A DNA stretch of 64,000 nt, from contig OY968769.1 of the NCBI GenBank assembly GCA_963695345.1, positions 1,216,001 through 1,280,000 on the forward strand, given 5' to 3'. The stretch's first letter is position 1. Every line of letters starts with the position of its first letter. The notes beneath the pieces were generated by a model that did not search any database, was not told where the DNA came from, and saw only the letters and a program-made list of their open reading frames with translations. This document shows positions 43,551 to 52,887 of the stretch, one piece after another. Made by a program: the position numbers and the translations under genes. The stretch comes from an uncultured Methanomassiliicoccales archaeon (GTDB lineage: Archaea; Thermoplasmatota; Thermoplasmata; Methanomassiliicoccales; UBA472).

Positions 43551-44487
43551 TTCTCTTGCTGACCAGGGCCCGAAGCCTCTCCGACTCTTGAATCTTCTGC
43601 AGTTCGTCGCGTCCGATCAGCGCCGTGCCCTCTATGCTCTGGCGCGTCCGTACCTTCTCGATGAAAATGACCGACTCGCGGCCAGTGACCACGGAGATGT
43701 CCGCCACCACTCTCGCCTTCTCCCGGAGCTTGCTGTCATCCTTACCCAGGCCGGTCAAGATGAGCATGTCGCGGTCGACGGTCAAAGCCTCGAACGGACA
43801 TTTCTGGGTCGGGGTTATGGTGAGCCCCAGCCCGGTGAGGATGGAGAAGACCTCCTTGGTGAACTGGTCGTACTTCTCCAGGTTCACCTTCGGTTTCTCG
43901 GACGCCTCTGGCTTGTAGCTGAGGGGGTCCACCGGAAGCACGATCGGCTGGTCCAGGAACTCCTCCAGCCGGATGGCCACATCGATCATCGCACCCATCC
44001 CGGTCTCATACATCTGGATGGTCCTGCGGGACACGCCAGCGACCTCCGCCAGGTTCCCCAGAGAGATGTTCTTCTCCTCCCGCAGCTGTTTCAATAGCTC
44101 GCTGTCCAGCTTGACGTACAGGCCGCCAGGCGCGGCGAAGATGAATGGAGGGACCTCCTCCAGGAGGAGATCTTTCAGCGTGTTCAGGGAAACGATCGGG
44201 ACGTTGAATCGTGAGTAGACGATGCCCTGCTCGATCTCACCCGCTCCCGATCTCTCCCCGACCAGCAACGGTGAGCCGCCCAGTGCCTCCGCCAGGGTCT
44301 TCACCTCTTCGGAGTTGTCCTTGGAGAAAGCATCGACATTGGATAGGATCTTGATCAACAACAGCGTCTTATCCCGCCGGGCGACGATGTCAAAGCTTAT
44401 GCTGCGCATGTTCAACGGTTTGGAGACCGTGAACCCCACTTTCTCGAGCGTGCCTCGCACGCCATTGATGAGCTCATCGCGCTGCAC
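43528..44487 (-). CDS. Conserved archaeal XRE-HTH transcriptional regulator (COG1395-like)
   Basis: FDIVARR...LIKILSNVD, APGGLYV, SLGNLAEVAGVSRRTIQMYE. Confidence 0.88.
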   Translation of the reverse strand: MQRDELINGVRGTLEKVGFTVSKPLNMRSISFDIVARRDKTLLLIKILSNVDAFSKDNSEEVKTLAEALGGSPLLVGERSGAGEIEQGIVYSRFNVPIVSLNTLKDLLLEEVPPFIFAAPGGLYVKLDSELLKQLREEKNISLGNLAEVAGVSRRTIQMYETGMGAMIDVAIRLEEFLDQPIVLPVDPLSYKPEASEKPKVNLEKYDQFTKEVFSILTGLGLTITPTQKCPFEALTVDRDMLILTGLGKDDSKLREKARVVADISVVTGRESVIFIEKVRTRQSIEGTALIGRDELQKIQESERLRALVSKRSEPDEKR

Positions 44488-44598
44488 TAGGAACTAGATT
44501 CATCTGTTCTTCTATATAACCATTGGGAAAAAAACGAGGCCGGGCCCTTGAGGAAATCAAAGCCTGGTAGAAAATAAAAGGGACGGGAGGGGGCCATC

Positions 44599-45126
44599 CT
44601 ATGGCACTATCGTCCTCTTCTTCCGTCTTTTGGGCGGTTCCCTGTCCATCGTTACCTCCAGCACACCGTTCTTGTAGCCAGCGGTCACCGAGCCCCGAAC
44701 GACCGGGCAGGGGAGCTCAATGCGCTTCGAGAACTTCCTGTCGTCGGTGTCCACCGAGATGTCTAGGCAACGGTCTTCCGCGATCGTGCTGACGTCTTCC
44801 ATCAGGACTCCTGGAAGTTCGATCAGGACGCGTACCCGGTCCTTCTCCTCGATCACGTCCACGAGGGGCTCCCTGGGCTCTATCTCGTTCCTTTTCGCAG
44901 GAGCGAGAGGCTTGACGTTCCCGAACTCCTGGATATGGGGCTGGCCGTCCGGGCCCACCCTCATCGATACACCGTACATCTTTGTTTCACCGTCGAGACC
45001 GAATTCACCGGTAAGCATCTGTTCCATGATCCTGTCCATGCGCGCTCTCATCTCCTCGAACTCCTCATCGAAATTGGAGAAGATGTCGTTGATATCGTCA
45101 TTCCTTTTCCTCTCCGTTCTTGCCAT
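44599..45126 (-). CDS. hsp20: Small heat-shock protein Hsp20
   Basis: GPDGQPHIQEFGN, EPLVDV, ELPGV, YKNGVLEV. Confidence 0.93.
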   Translation of the reverse strand: MARTERKRNDDINDIFSNFDEEFEEMRARMDRIMEQMLTGEFGLDGETKMYGVSMRVGPDGQPHIQEFGNVKPLAPAKRNEIEPREPLVDVIEEKDRVRVLIELPGVLMEDVSTIAEDRCLDISVDTDDRKFSKRIELPCPVVRGSVTAGYKNGVLEVTMDREPPKRRKKRTIVP

Positions 45127-45132
45127 CTTGAA

Positions 45133-47316
45133 TCACCTGACATACTCGAAATCCTTGTAGGCCATTTCGAACTTGTTCATTTCCTTCTTTGACATGGGGC
45201 GGAACTTCTCTATCGCTTTCAGGAGGTGGGCCATGGTCACCTTCTTGATGTTGATCTTCTCTTCCGTGATGTCTCCGCCCTCGGCCACCAGTTCCCTGAT
45301 GGCCAGCATCGTGCCTTCATTGGCCACTGCGGCCAGGTCCGCCCCGGTGTAGCCATCGGTACGCTTGGCGATCTCGTTGATATCGACATCTGACGCCAGA
45401 GGCTTGGACTTTAGATGCACCTCCAGCACCGCCTTCCTGGTCTCCAGGTCGGGGGCCTTCACCTGCACCATCTTGTCGAACCTGCCTGGCCTCATCAAGG
45501 CCGGGTCGATGATGTCCGGCCGGTTGGTTGCCGCTATCACCACGACGTTGTGGAGCGACTCCAGCCCGTCCATCTCCGTAAGGAGCTGGCTGATGACCCG
45601 TTCGGTCACCTGCGAGTCCGAACCGGTCCCCCGGACCGGGGCGATCGAGTCGATCTCGTCCATGAATATGATGCATGGAGCGGCCTGACGAGCCTTGCGG
45701 AAGGTTTCCCTGACCGCCTTTTCCGATTCGCCTACCCACTTGTTCAGGAACTCCGGTCCCTTCACATTGATGAAGTTCGCCTCGCTCTCGGTGGCCACGG
45801 CCTTGGCCAGCATGGTCTTGCCGGTCCCGGGCGGGCCATACAGCAGGATCCCCTTCGGGGGTTTGGCGTCCATCTTTTCAAATAATGTCGCGTATTTCAG
45901 CGGCCATTCCACCGCCTCGATGAGCTCCTTCTTGGCGTCGTCCAGTCCGCCGATCTCGGACCAGTGCAGGTTGGGCGACTCGATCAGCACCTCGCGCAGG
46001 CTGGCCGGCTGCATCTCGCGCAGCGCCGCGAAGAAGTCCTCCTTCTTGACCACGATCTTGGCCAGGACCTCCGACGGTATGCTCTCCAGTTCCAGGTCCA
46101 GCTCCGGAAGGATCCGGCGCAGTGAGTGTATGGCCGCCTCCTTGGTCAATGCCTGCAGGTCCGCCCCAGCGTAGCCATGAGTGAGCCGGGCCAGTTTCTC
46201 CAGGTCCACATCCTTCTCCAGCGGCATTCCCCTCGTGTGTATGCCCAGGATGTCGAGCCTGCCTTCCTGGTTCGGGATGTTGATCTCGATCTCACGATCG
46301 AACCGGCCAGGACGCCGCAGGGCCGGGTCCAGCGCGTTCGGGCGGTTCGTGGCGCCGATGACCACGACCTTACCTCTCGATTCCAGGCCGTCCATCAATG
46401 CCAGCATCTGGGCCACCACCCGTCTCTCGGTCTCGCCGGTGACCTCGTCGCGCTTCGGCGCGATGGAATCGATCTCATCGATGAATATGATGGTTGGCGC
46501 GTTCGCCTCGGCCTGTTTGAATATCTCGCGCAGGCGTTCCTCTGACTCGCCGTAGAACTTGGACATGATCTCCGGTCCGCCGATGTAGACGAAATTGGCG
46601 TTGGTCTCGCCAGCCACGGCTTTGGCCAGAAGGGTCTTGCCGGTGCCTGGGGGGCCATGCAGCAGCACGCCCTTGGGAGCTTCCACCCCGAGACGCTCAA
46701 ACAGCTCCGGGTGCCGCAGCGGGAGCTCGATCATCTCCCGTACCTTCTTCACCTCGTCGCCCAGTCCGCCGATGTCCTCGTAGGTTACCTTGGGAATCTT
46801 GGACATTCCCTCCTTCGAAGGTTTCTCGGAGATCTTGACCTCGGTGTCACGCATGATCATGACCGCGTCAGTGGACGGGGAGTGGGTCATCACGACCAGG
46901 TCTATCCTTCGTCCCATCACGTTGATCTCGATAACGTCGCCGCGGGTAACCACCCGCCCCTCGAGGGCCTGGCCGAGGTATTCCTCTCCACCCATGATCT
47001 TCAGCTCTTCCATGGGCGCGAACGCTATCTTCTGGGCTGGCTTGACAGTGACCTTGCGCAATGCCACCTTATCGTCGATGCCCACACTGGCGTTGCGGCG
47101 GATCGTACCATCGATACGGATCAGGCCCCGGTTCGCGTCTTCGTTGTATCCAGGCCAAACGATCGCCACCGTTCTTTTCTTGCCTTCGATCTGTACCACA
47201 TCGCCGGCCGTGATATCGAGGACCTCCATGACCGCAGGGTCGACTCTGGCTATGCCACGTCCAGCATCCTTCGACTTAGCCTCGGCCACCTTCAACACTT
47301 TTTCGGAATCGCTCAT
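45133..47316 (-). CDS. cdc48: CDC48/VAT AAA+ ATPase
   Basis: N-domain DAGRGIAR; two AAA modules with [12 protein letters not shown] and RPGRFD. Confidence 0.96.
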   Translation of the reverse strand: MSDSEKVLKVAEAKSKDAGRGIARVDPAVMEVLDITAGDVVQIEGKKRTVAIVWPGYNEDANRGLIRIDGTIRRNASVGIDDKVALRKVTVKPAQKIAFAPMEELKIMGGEEYLGQALEGRVVTRGDVIEINVMGRRIDLVVMTHSPSTDAVMIMRDTEVKISEKPSKEGMSKIPKVTYEDIGGLGDEVKKVREMIELPLRHPELFERLGVEAPKGVLLHGPPGTGKTLLAKAVAGETNANFVYIGGPEIMSKFYGESEERLREIFKQAEANAPTIIFIDEIDSIAPKRDEVTGETERRVVAQMLALMDGLESRGKVVVIGATNRPNALDPALRRPGRFDREIEINIPNQEGRLDILGIHTRGMPLEKDVDLEKLARLTHGYAGADLQALTKEAAIHSLRRILPELDLELESIPSEVLAKIVVKKEDFFAALREMQPASLREVLIESPNLHWSEIGGLDDAKKELIEAVEWPLKYATLFEKMDAKPPKGILLYGPPGTGKTMLAKAVATESEANFINVKGPEFLNKWVGESEKAVRETFRKARQAAPCIIFMDEIDSIAPVRGTGSDSQVTERVISQLLTEMDGLESLHNVVVIAATNRPDIIDPALMRPGRFDKMVQVKAPDLETRKAVLEVHLKSKPLASDVDINEIAKRTDGYTGADLAAVANEGTMLAIRELVAEGGDITEEKINIKKVTMAHLLKAIEKFRPMSKKEMNKFEMAYKDFEYVR

Positions 47317-47370
47317 CTTAAGTCCCTCTCAACGTGATTTTCGTTATCTTCCGACCCATTCTTATAGATA

Positions 47371-47385
47371 TCAACTTTAAGTTGA
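47371..47385. promoter_or_regulatory. Putative heat-shock repressor operator upstream of cdc48
   Basis: Perfect inverted repeat TCAAC-TTTAA-GTTGA overlapping TATA-like sequence. Confidence 0.65.
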
Positions 47386-47424
47386 CAACTCATGACGATT
47401 TAGTACATTATTTGTTCTTCTATA

Positions 47425-47742
47425 TTAAGGCTGCTTAAATGTCCTTCTAATTTCCTTTTCAATGTCCTCTCCGAACTTTACCAACCGGCCCTCCAAATGC
47501 CAGAAGTTCTTCTGGAGCTCATCCCGATCCTTCATCAGGCCCTCTTTCATCTTCGCCTGCATCTTGTCCAGGTCAATACCGTTCTCCTTGAGGTTGACCC
47601 TCATGTCCTCGTACACGTCGTTGCCTATCTGATCAAGCTCTGACATGCTTTTATCAAAAGCTTTCTTGGCCTCATCCTTGGCGGCCTTGATGCGTGCGAT
47701 GTATCTCTCAGCGGTTTCCTGTGCCCTGCTCTTTTCAGTCAT
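47425..47742 (-). CDS. Small all-helical charged protein
   Basis: Amphipathic helical ORF overlapping the regulator stop codon. Confidence 0.7.
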   Translation of the reverse strand: MTEKSRAQETAERYIARIKAAKDEAKKAFDKSMSELDQIGNDVYEDMRVNLKENGIDLDKMQAKMKEGLMKDRDELQKNFWHLEGRLVKFGEDIEKEIRRTFKQP

Positions 47743-48385
47743 CTTGATCATCCCTTCTTTGGTATGGTCTGAGGATTTCCTTCACCAGGTCGTCCCTCAG
47801 GCCCAGATAGTCGGCTAGCTGCCCTGGATCGATGTCCGGATGCTGGATATATTCGAACACCACGTGTCTTTGGCCATAGTCCAAGGGGGCGGACTCGACC
47901 AAATGTACGGCTTCGTCCAGCAGCCTTTGTTTCTTGTCTATGAGCTCCTCACGTTCCTTTCGGAGCCCGTCCATCTGAACATCCAAAACACTTAACTCAT
48001 GTCGGAGCGCCATAACCCTTTCGGTGAGGCCATCGTCCCGTTCATCCCTTGTTGATATCTCGCGGTGATGGTCTGGCTCCTCTTCCATATCCCGGCGTGA
48101 CGATTCCACACTGAACATTCCAGAGCCCATGTCAACGATTATGGTGAAACCGCTGATCGGCACGTATCTCTTCCTCATCGGTCCGCCCTGGTCGCTCTCC
48201 TCTGGATATGAACGAACCATTCGGCAGTCCTCCAACACCTTCAGATGTTTCATGATGATCTGCTGGCTCATTCCAAGCTCGCGCGAGAGCTGTAGCGGAT
48301 AGTGTGGTTCCCTGACCAAAGCCTCCAGGATACGCCTGCGAGTGGGATTCTCGATAACGGAGAGCAGAACATCCAATTCATCCAT
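47735..48385 (-). CDS. ArsR-family wHTH heat-shock regulator (HSR1/Phr-like)
   Basis: ENPTRRRILEAL..EPHY...LSRELGMSQQ..KHL..LE, GPMRKRY, C-terminal coiled coil; synteny with cdc48-hsp20. Confidence 0.85.
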   Translation of the reverse strand: MDELDVLLSVIENPTRRRILEALVREPHYPLQLSRELGMSQQIIMKHLKVLEDCRMVRSYPEESDQGGPMRKRYVPISGFTIIVDMGSGMFSVESSRRDMEEEPDHHREISTRDERDDGLTERVMALRHELSVLDVQMDGLRKEREELIDKKQRLLDEAVHLVESAPLDYGQRHVVFEYIQHPDIDPGQLADYLGLRDDLVKEILRPYQRRDDQDD

Positions 48386-48401
48386 TATTTTCACTTCCTA
48401 G

Positions 48402-48425
48402 ATGTTAACTAATCGTTGTTAACAT
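48402..48425. promoter_or_regulatory. Putative autoregulatory operator of the heat-shock regulator
   Basis: ATGTTAAC-N8-GTTAACAT inverted repeat containing TTAAC-N5-GTTGT. Confidence 0.6.
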
Positions 48426-48533
48426 TATAATGAAGCATTGACTGAGGATAAATACCTTCTTAGAACCTACGCAATCCACTCGTTACATTCGCCGGGGTCA
48501 AACTTTAACTACGCCCTCGGTCTTCAAGATGCA

Positions 48534-49589
48534 ATGCCTGGCAAACTGGTCGGAGACACCGTTGTGTTTGAGGAAGAAAGGGAGGCCAGTCAGATATACA
48601 GCAAAGGGTTCTTCGGCTATCCACAATCGGGTGGGTCATTGCATCTGGACCTGCTTGAGGCGCTACACCTGTTGGAGGGGGATCGCATTGAGGTATTGGC
48701 AGACGACCAGAAGATCGGTTTTGCCGAACTGATGGCCCGCGCCGCTGTTATGCATAACGATCTGGAGACCCGTTTCATCGTGTACCGGGACCTCAGACAG
48801 CGAGGCTATATCGTAAAGACGGATTCAGGCGATTTCAATTTCAGACTGTACCCGCGCGGCGGCACTCCGAGCACCACTCAGACCAACCTTTGGGTGCTGG
48901 CCGTTTCAGAGCGATACATCTTCAACATCGTTGAGCTCATGCGCCAGGCGGAGATGTCGCAGCGGACCAGGAAGGACCTTCTGCTGGCGGTGGTGGATGA
49001 GGAAGGGGACATCACCTACTACACCGCCGAGAACGCCGATCCCAAGGGGGAGCTGAACGACAAGGCCATGAAAGAAGTTCCAGAGGGACTGCTCATGGAA
49101 GGCAGCATACTGGTGCTGGACGAATCACACGGCACCAAGCTATACCAGTACGGGTTCTATGGGAAGAAGATAGGCAAGATGCTTCAACTCTCGTTCATCG
49201 AGACCGCTTACCTCCTCGAACATGGCCGTCTGACGCTCAGGGCTGTCGGCACGGGAAGGAAGATGGCGGAACGAACGTTCCTCAAACGCGCGAAGGAGAT
49301 ACAGCCGGACTTTGACATGCGGTTGCTGGCCTACTCTGACCTGAGGGGCAGGAAGCTCGTAGTGAAGACCGGATTCAAATACGGCACTCATTTCCGGGTC
49401 TACAAAGGAGATCCATCCAGCCACCACTCCGAATACCTGGTGCATGCCGTGCCCGATGATTATTCCACGGTGTGGGCGGAGATATCGCGTGCCATCCGGC
49501 TTGCGCACGGAGTCAAAAAGGACATTCTGTTCGCCCGGGTATCCAAGGACACCATCGGCTACATGAAACTGAAGCGTGTCAAACCGTAG
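48534..49589 (+). CDS. endA: tRNA-intron endonuclease (two-repeat alpha2 type)
   Basis: Duplicated units; YRDLRQRGY, VKTGFKYGTHFRVY, HSEYLV, RLAHGVKK. Confidence 0.93.
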   Translation: MPGKLVGDTVVFEEEREASQIYSKGFFGYPQSGGSLHLDLLEALHLLEGDRIEVLADDQKIGFAELMARAAVMHNDLETRFIVYRDLRQRGYIVKTDSGDFNFRLYPRGGTPSTTQTNLWVLAVSERYIFNIVELMRQAEMSQRTRKDLLLAVVDEEGDITYYTAENADPKGELNDKAMKEVPEGLLMEGSILVLDESHGTKLYQYGFYGKKIGKMLQLSFIETAYLLEHGRLTLRAVGTGRKMAERTFLKRAKEIQPDFDMRLLAYSDLRGRKLVVKTGFKYGTHFRVYKGDPSSHHSEYLVHAVPDDYSTVWAEISRAIRLAHGVKKDILFARVSKDTIGYMKLKRVKP

Positions 49590-49595
49590 TGCGAT

Positions 49596-50609
49596 CTAAC
49601 TCATGCAGGCATCGTTTTTTGGCCTGGCCTCGTCGGCCTCGATCCCGCTGATGATCTTTCCCGCTCCGGCCCAGTCCTCAGGTTCCAGTTCCAGGGAGGA
49701 CTTGAGCAACTTCATCGCCTCTTCCTTTTTGCCGGAATTATAGAGGATGGTCGCCATTTTTACCATGAAATTGGTGCGTTTCCGATCGAACTCGGTATTC
49801 TGGATAGCTTTCTTATAGGATTCCACCGCCCCATCCACATCGCCGCTCTTCAGCTGCGCCTCGGCCAGCCTGGCGTATCTGGCGGAACGGGTCTCCTGCA
49901 TTGCGGGGGACTCTGCGCTGGCCTTGAGGGTCTGGACCATGGCCCTGAGGGACTCTGGGGCCTCGACCCTCGCCCCGCACTTGGGGCAGGTCTCCTGGAC
50001 CGACTTAAGCTCGTCGCCACAATTGGCGCAGTATTTCGGCAGGGTATAGCCGCAATTGGGGCAAAGGCTCCAGTCCAGTTCGACCAGTTCCTTGCACTTG
50101 GGACACTCGGATACGGACTTCACCGCCGCGCCCCCAACCTTGCGCAAAGCGTTCTCAAGCTCCTCCTTGGAGGGTTGAAAGTATTCTTTCCTTGCCAGAA
50201 CGATTGAGAGGACCGATATCTCCACCACGGCGGAGACGATCGACAGCAATACGAACACGATGCCCAATTGTTGCACCAAGCCAAGGCCATCGAAATTGGA
50301 GATCTGGCCGAAAGCCTTTGTATCCAGGATCAGGAATATCAGCAGGACCCGGGCGAGAAAAGACGCGGTCATGGCGCGGATGATGTTCTCCCGCTCCCCG
50401 ACCTGGGTCTCCCACACAGAACGGACCACGGTCATCTCCCAAGCCGCCACGATGAAAAGCACTAGCATCAGCACAATGCCCACGATGACGCCGATCGTGT
50501 GTACGATGAATATGGCATAGAATATCGTGACAATGGTAAGTATTCCTGCGACAAAAAGCCAGGCGGCCATCGGCTTCAGGAGCAAGTTCTTGTGTTGCAT
50601 TTCGGTCAC
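49596..50609 (-). CDS. Membrane protein with double zinc ribbon and TPR repeats
   Basis: Four TM helices; CPKC, CPNC, CANC, CPKC; TPR-like AVESYKKAI and AMKLLKSSLELEP. Confidence 0.8.
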   Translation of the reverse strand: MTEMQHKNLLLKPMAAWLFVAGILTIVTIFYAIFIVHTIGVIVGIVLMLVLFIVAAWEMTVVRSVWETQVGERENIIRAMTASFLARVLLIFLILDTKAFGQISNFDGLGLVQQLGIVFVLLSIVSAVVEISVLSIVLARKEYFQPSKEELENALRKVGGAAVKSVSECPKCKELVELDWSLCPNCGYTLPKYCANCGDELKSVQETCPKCGARVEAPESLRAMVQTLKASAESPAMQETRSARYARLAEAQLKSGDVDGAVESYKKAIQNTEFDRKRTNFMVKMATILYNSGKKEEAMKLLKSSLELEPEDWAGAGKIISGIEADEARPKNDACMS

Positions 50610-50700
50610 ACTGCCGGAATATAATGCGATTACACCCTAGCGTTAAATATCTAGCGATTTTTAATAATGGGCCCTAGAAAAGGACGGGCCCGGTGGGATT

Positions 50701-51633
50701 TCAGAGCTGTATCTCGATTCCGAGCTTGTCCGTGAGCTCCTTGTACCGGTTACGGATGGTGACCTCAGTGACACCCGCGATGTCCGCCACCTCGCGCTGG
50801 GTCCTGCGCTCGTTGCACAGGATCGATGCGATGTAGATGGCGGCCGCGGCCACACCGGTCGGTCCGCGACCAGAGGTGAGTTCCTTCTTGGCGGCGTCCT
50901 TCAGTATGTCCGCCGCTTTGGACTGCACCTCGCCGGAGAGCTTTAGTTCGGAACAGAACCGTTGCACATAGTCCTGTGGGCGCGTCGGCATAAGCTTCAG
51001 CTTCAGCTCCCGGGTCATGAACCGGTAGGTACGGCCTATCTCCTTGCGTCCTACACGCGACGAGTTCGCGACCTCGTCCAAGGTACGGGGCACATTGCAC
51101 TGTCTGCACGCCGCATACAAAGAAGCCGCGACGACGCCTTCTATGCTCCTTCCGCGGATGAGGTTCTTGTTGACCGCTTTCCTGTAGACCATGGCCGCGG
51201 TCTCACGGACATTCCTTGGCAATCCCATTGCGGATGCCATCCGGTCCAACTCGCTCAAGGCGAAGGCTAAGTTCCTCTCGGTTGCGTTAGAGACACGGAT
51301 CCTCCTCTGCCATTTCCTGAGACGATACAGCTGGGCCCGGTTCCTGGTCGGGATGCTCTTACCGTAGCTGTCCTTGTTCTTCCAGGAAATTTCGGTGGAA
51401 AGACCCTTGTCATGGATTGTATAGGTCATTGGCGCGCCGGTCCTGGCTCGTTTTTCGCCTTGCTCTACGTCAAAGGCCCGCCATTCCGGTCCGAGGTCAA
51501 TGAACTGGTCATCGATGACGAGGCCGCACTCCTCGCAGATGAGTTCACCCCTCTCATAGTCCCTGACTAGATGCCCGCTGTTGCACTCAGGGCATCTTTC
51601 AACTTCTTCGGTCCCTTCCTTTGGTTTTGCCAT
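50701..51633 (-). CDS. tfb: Transcription initiation factor IIB
   Basis: CPEC..CEECG Zn ribbon, GPEWRAF, two cyclin repeats, [13 protein letters not shown]. Confidence 0.97.
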   Translation of the reverse strand: MAKPKEGTEEVERCPECNSGHLVRDYERGELICEECGLVIDDQFIDLGPEWRAFDVEQGEKRARTGAPMTYTIHDKGLSTEISWKNKDSYGKSIPTRNRAQLYRLRKWQRRIRVSNATERNLAFALSELDRMASAMGLPRNVRETAAMVYRKAVNKNLIRGRSIEGVVAASLYAACRQCNVPRTLDEVANSSRVGRKEIGRTYRFMTRELKLKLMPTRPQDYVQRFCSELKLSGEVQSKAADILKDAAKKELTSGRGPTGVAAAAIYIASILCNERRTQREVADIAGVTEVTIRNRYKELTDKLGIEIQL

Positions 51634-51868
51634 GTTCCTCGACCCCTTCCACGTACACCTGCTTACCTATGGCAGAGAGCAGGCTAAAATCACCGGTGGG
51701 TTCTATCGTGACATAGGGTGAATCCACTGGACCAAAGATACGCAGGACCTTCCCCACAATTTTGTTGCGGTTGTCGACTACTCTGGACCTGATCTGCGGC
51801 GCAAAGGAGCCTTTGACAATTATCCTGCCGTCAAAAGTCACTTCTTGGACCTTTCCAAGAAACTGCAT
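51599..51868 (-). CDS. gar1: H/ACA RNP protein Gar1/Naf1
   Basis: [15 protein letters not shown]; conserved gar1-tfb order. Confidence 0.88.
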   Translation of the reverse strand: MQFLGKVQEVTFDGRIIVKGSFAPQIRSRVVDNRNKIVGKVLRIFGPVDSPYVTIEPTGDFSLLSAIGKQVYVEGVEEHGKTKGRDRRS

Positions 51869-52097
51869 GGTTCACCAATTCACACCCGATTCTTTTCCGG
51901 TGTTAATACTAGAAGTAAACATTTACTATAAAAGCATTGTGCAAACCTTTATTATGTTTTCGTTATGCCCTTTTAGTCTTTTTGCACCGTTCGAGTTTTT
52001 CGATAACGAGAGCCATCAACGAAATGACGGCGATGACAAACGCTAGTCGTCAAAACCCCAGGAAGGATTTAAACCCTGTGATTCTCCTCATGTCAAT

Positions 52098-52854
52098 GTG
52101 GAAATCTCAAGGGATCACCCCCGCTACAAATCATTGGTCGCAAGGGAGACGATGTCGGAGATGATGCGGAAGGGCATCGTCGCGCCGACCGGGCTGATCG
52201 CCCATGGTCGGGGCGAGGCGTTCGACTACCTTTTGGGGGAGGTCACCCTCCCGCCGGCGGAGTTGGCCGAGCGAGTTGCTGCAGCGATGCTGATGGAGGC
52301 CAAGTAGCCCGTCATCACCGTCAACGGCAATGCCGCCGCACTGGCCGCGAAGGAGCTGATCGAGCTTTCGAAGGCGGTCAACGCCCGGCTCGAGGTCAAT
52401 CTGTTCCATCGATCGGTGGAAAGGATCGAGCTTGTCTGCGGATACCTGGAATCGCTCGGGGCCAAAGGATGTCCTCGGCCGGTCCAGGACTTTACCCTAC
52501 CAGGGCATCGCATCGGACCGGGCGCTCTGCACCAAGGAAGGCATCGGGATGGCCGATGTCGTTCTCATCCCCCTCGAGGACGGAGACCGGGCAGAGGCGC
52601 TGGTCAAGGCGGGAAAGAAGGTGATCGCGATCGACCTGAACCCCGTGTCCAGAACATCGATGGCGGCCGACGTCAGCATCACTGACGAGCTGACCAGGGC
52701 GGTGCCGAACCTCATCGCCCACGTGGATGAGCTGGCCGATGACGGTGGAAGAAGATGCGATCTGATATCCGGTTTCAACAACCGTCGCAACCTGGGTCAC
52801 ATATTGAAGGACATATCCGACCATCTGAAGTTCGAGCTGTCATCGAAAGCATAA
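52098..52854 (+). CDS. pps: 4-phosphopantoate--beta-alanine ligase (phosphopantothenate synthetase), with in-frame TAG at 52305-52307 and one apparent +1 frameshift near 52467
   Basis: HPRYKSL, GLIAHGRGEAFDYLLGE, PVITVNGN, EVNLF, VLIPLEDGDR, IDLNPVSRT. Confidence 0.88.
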
Positions 52855-52887
52855 TTTTCCTTCGGGACATGTAGGCCTTGCGAGGTT

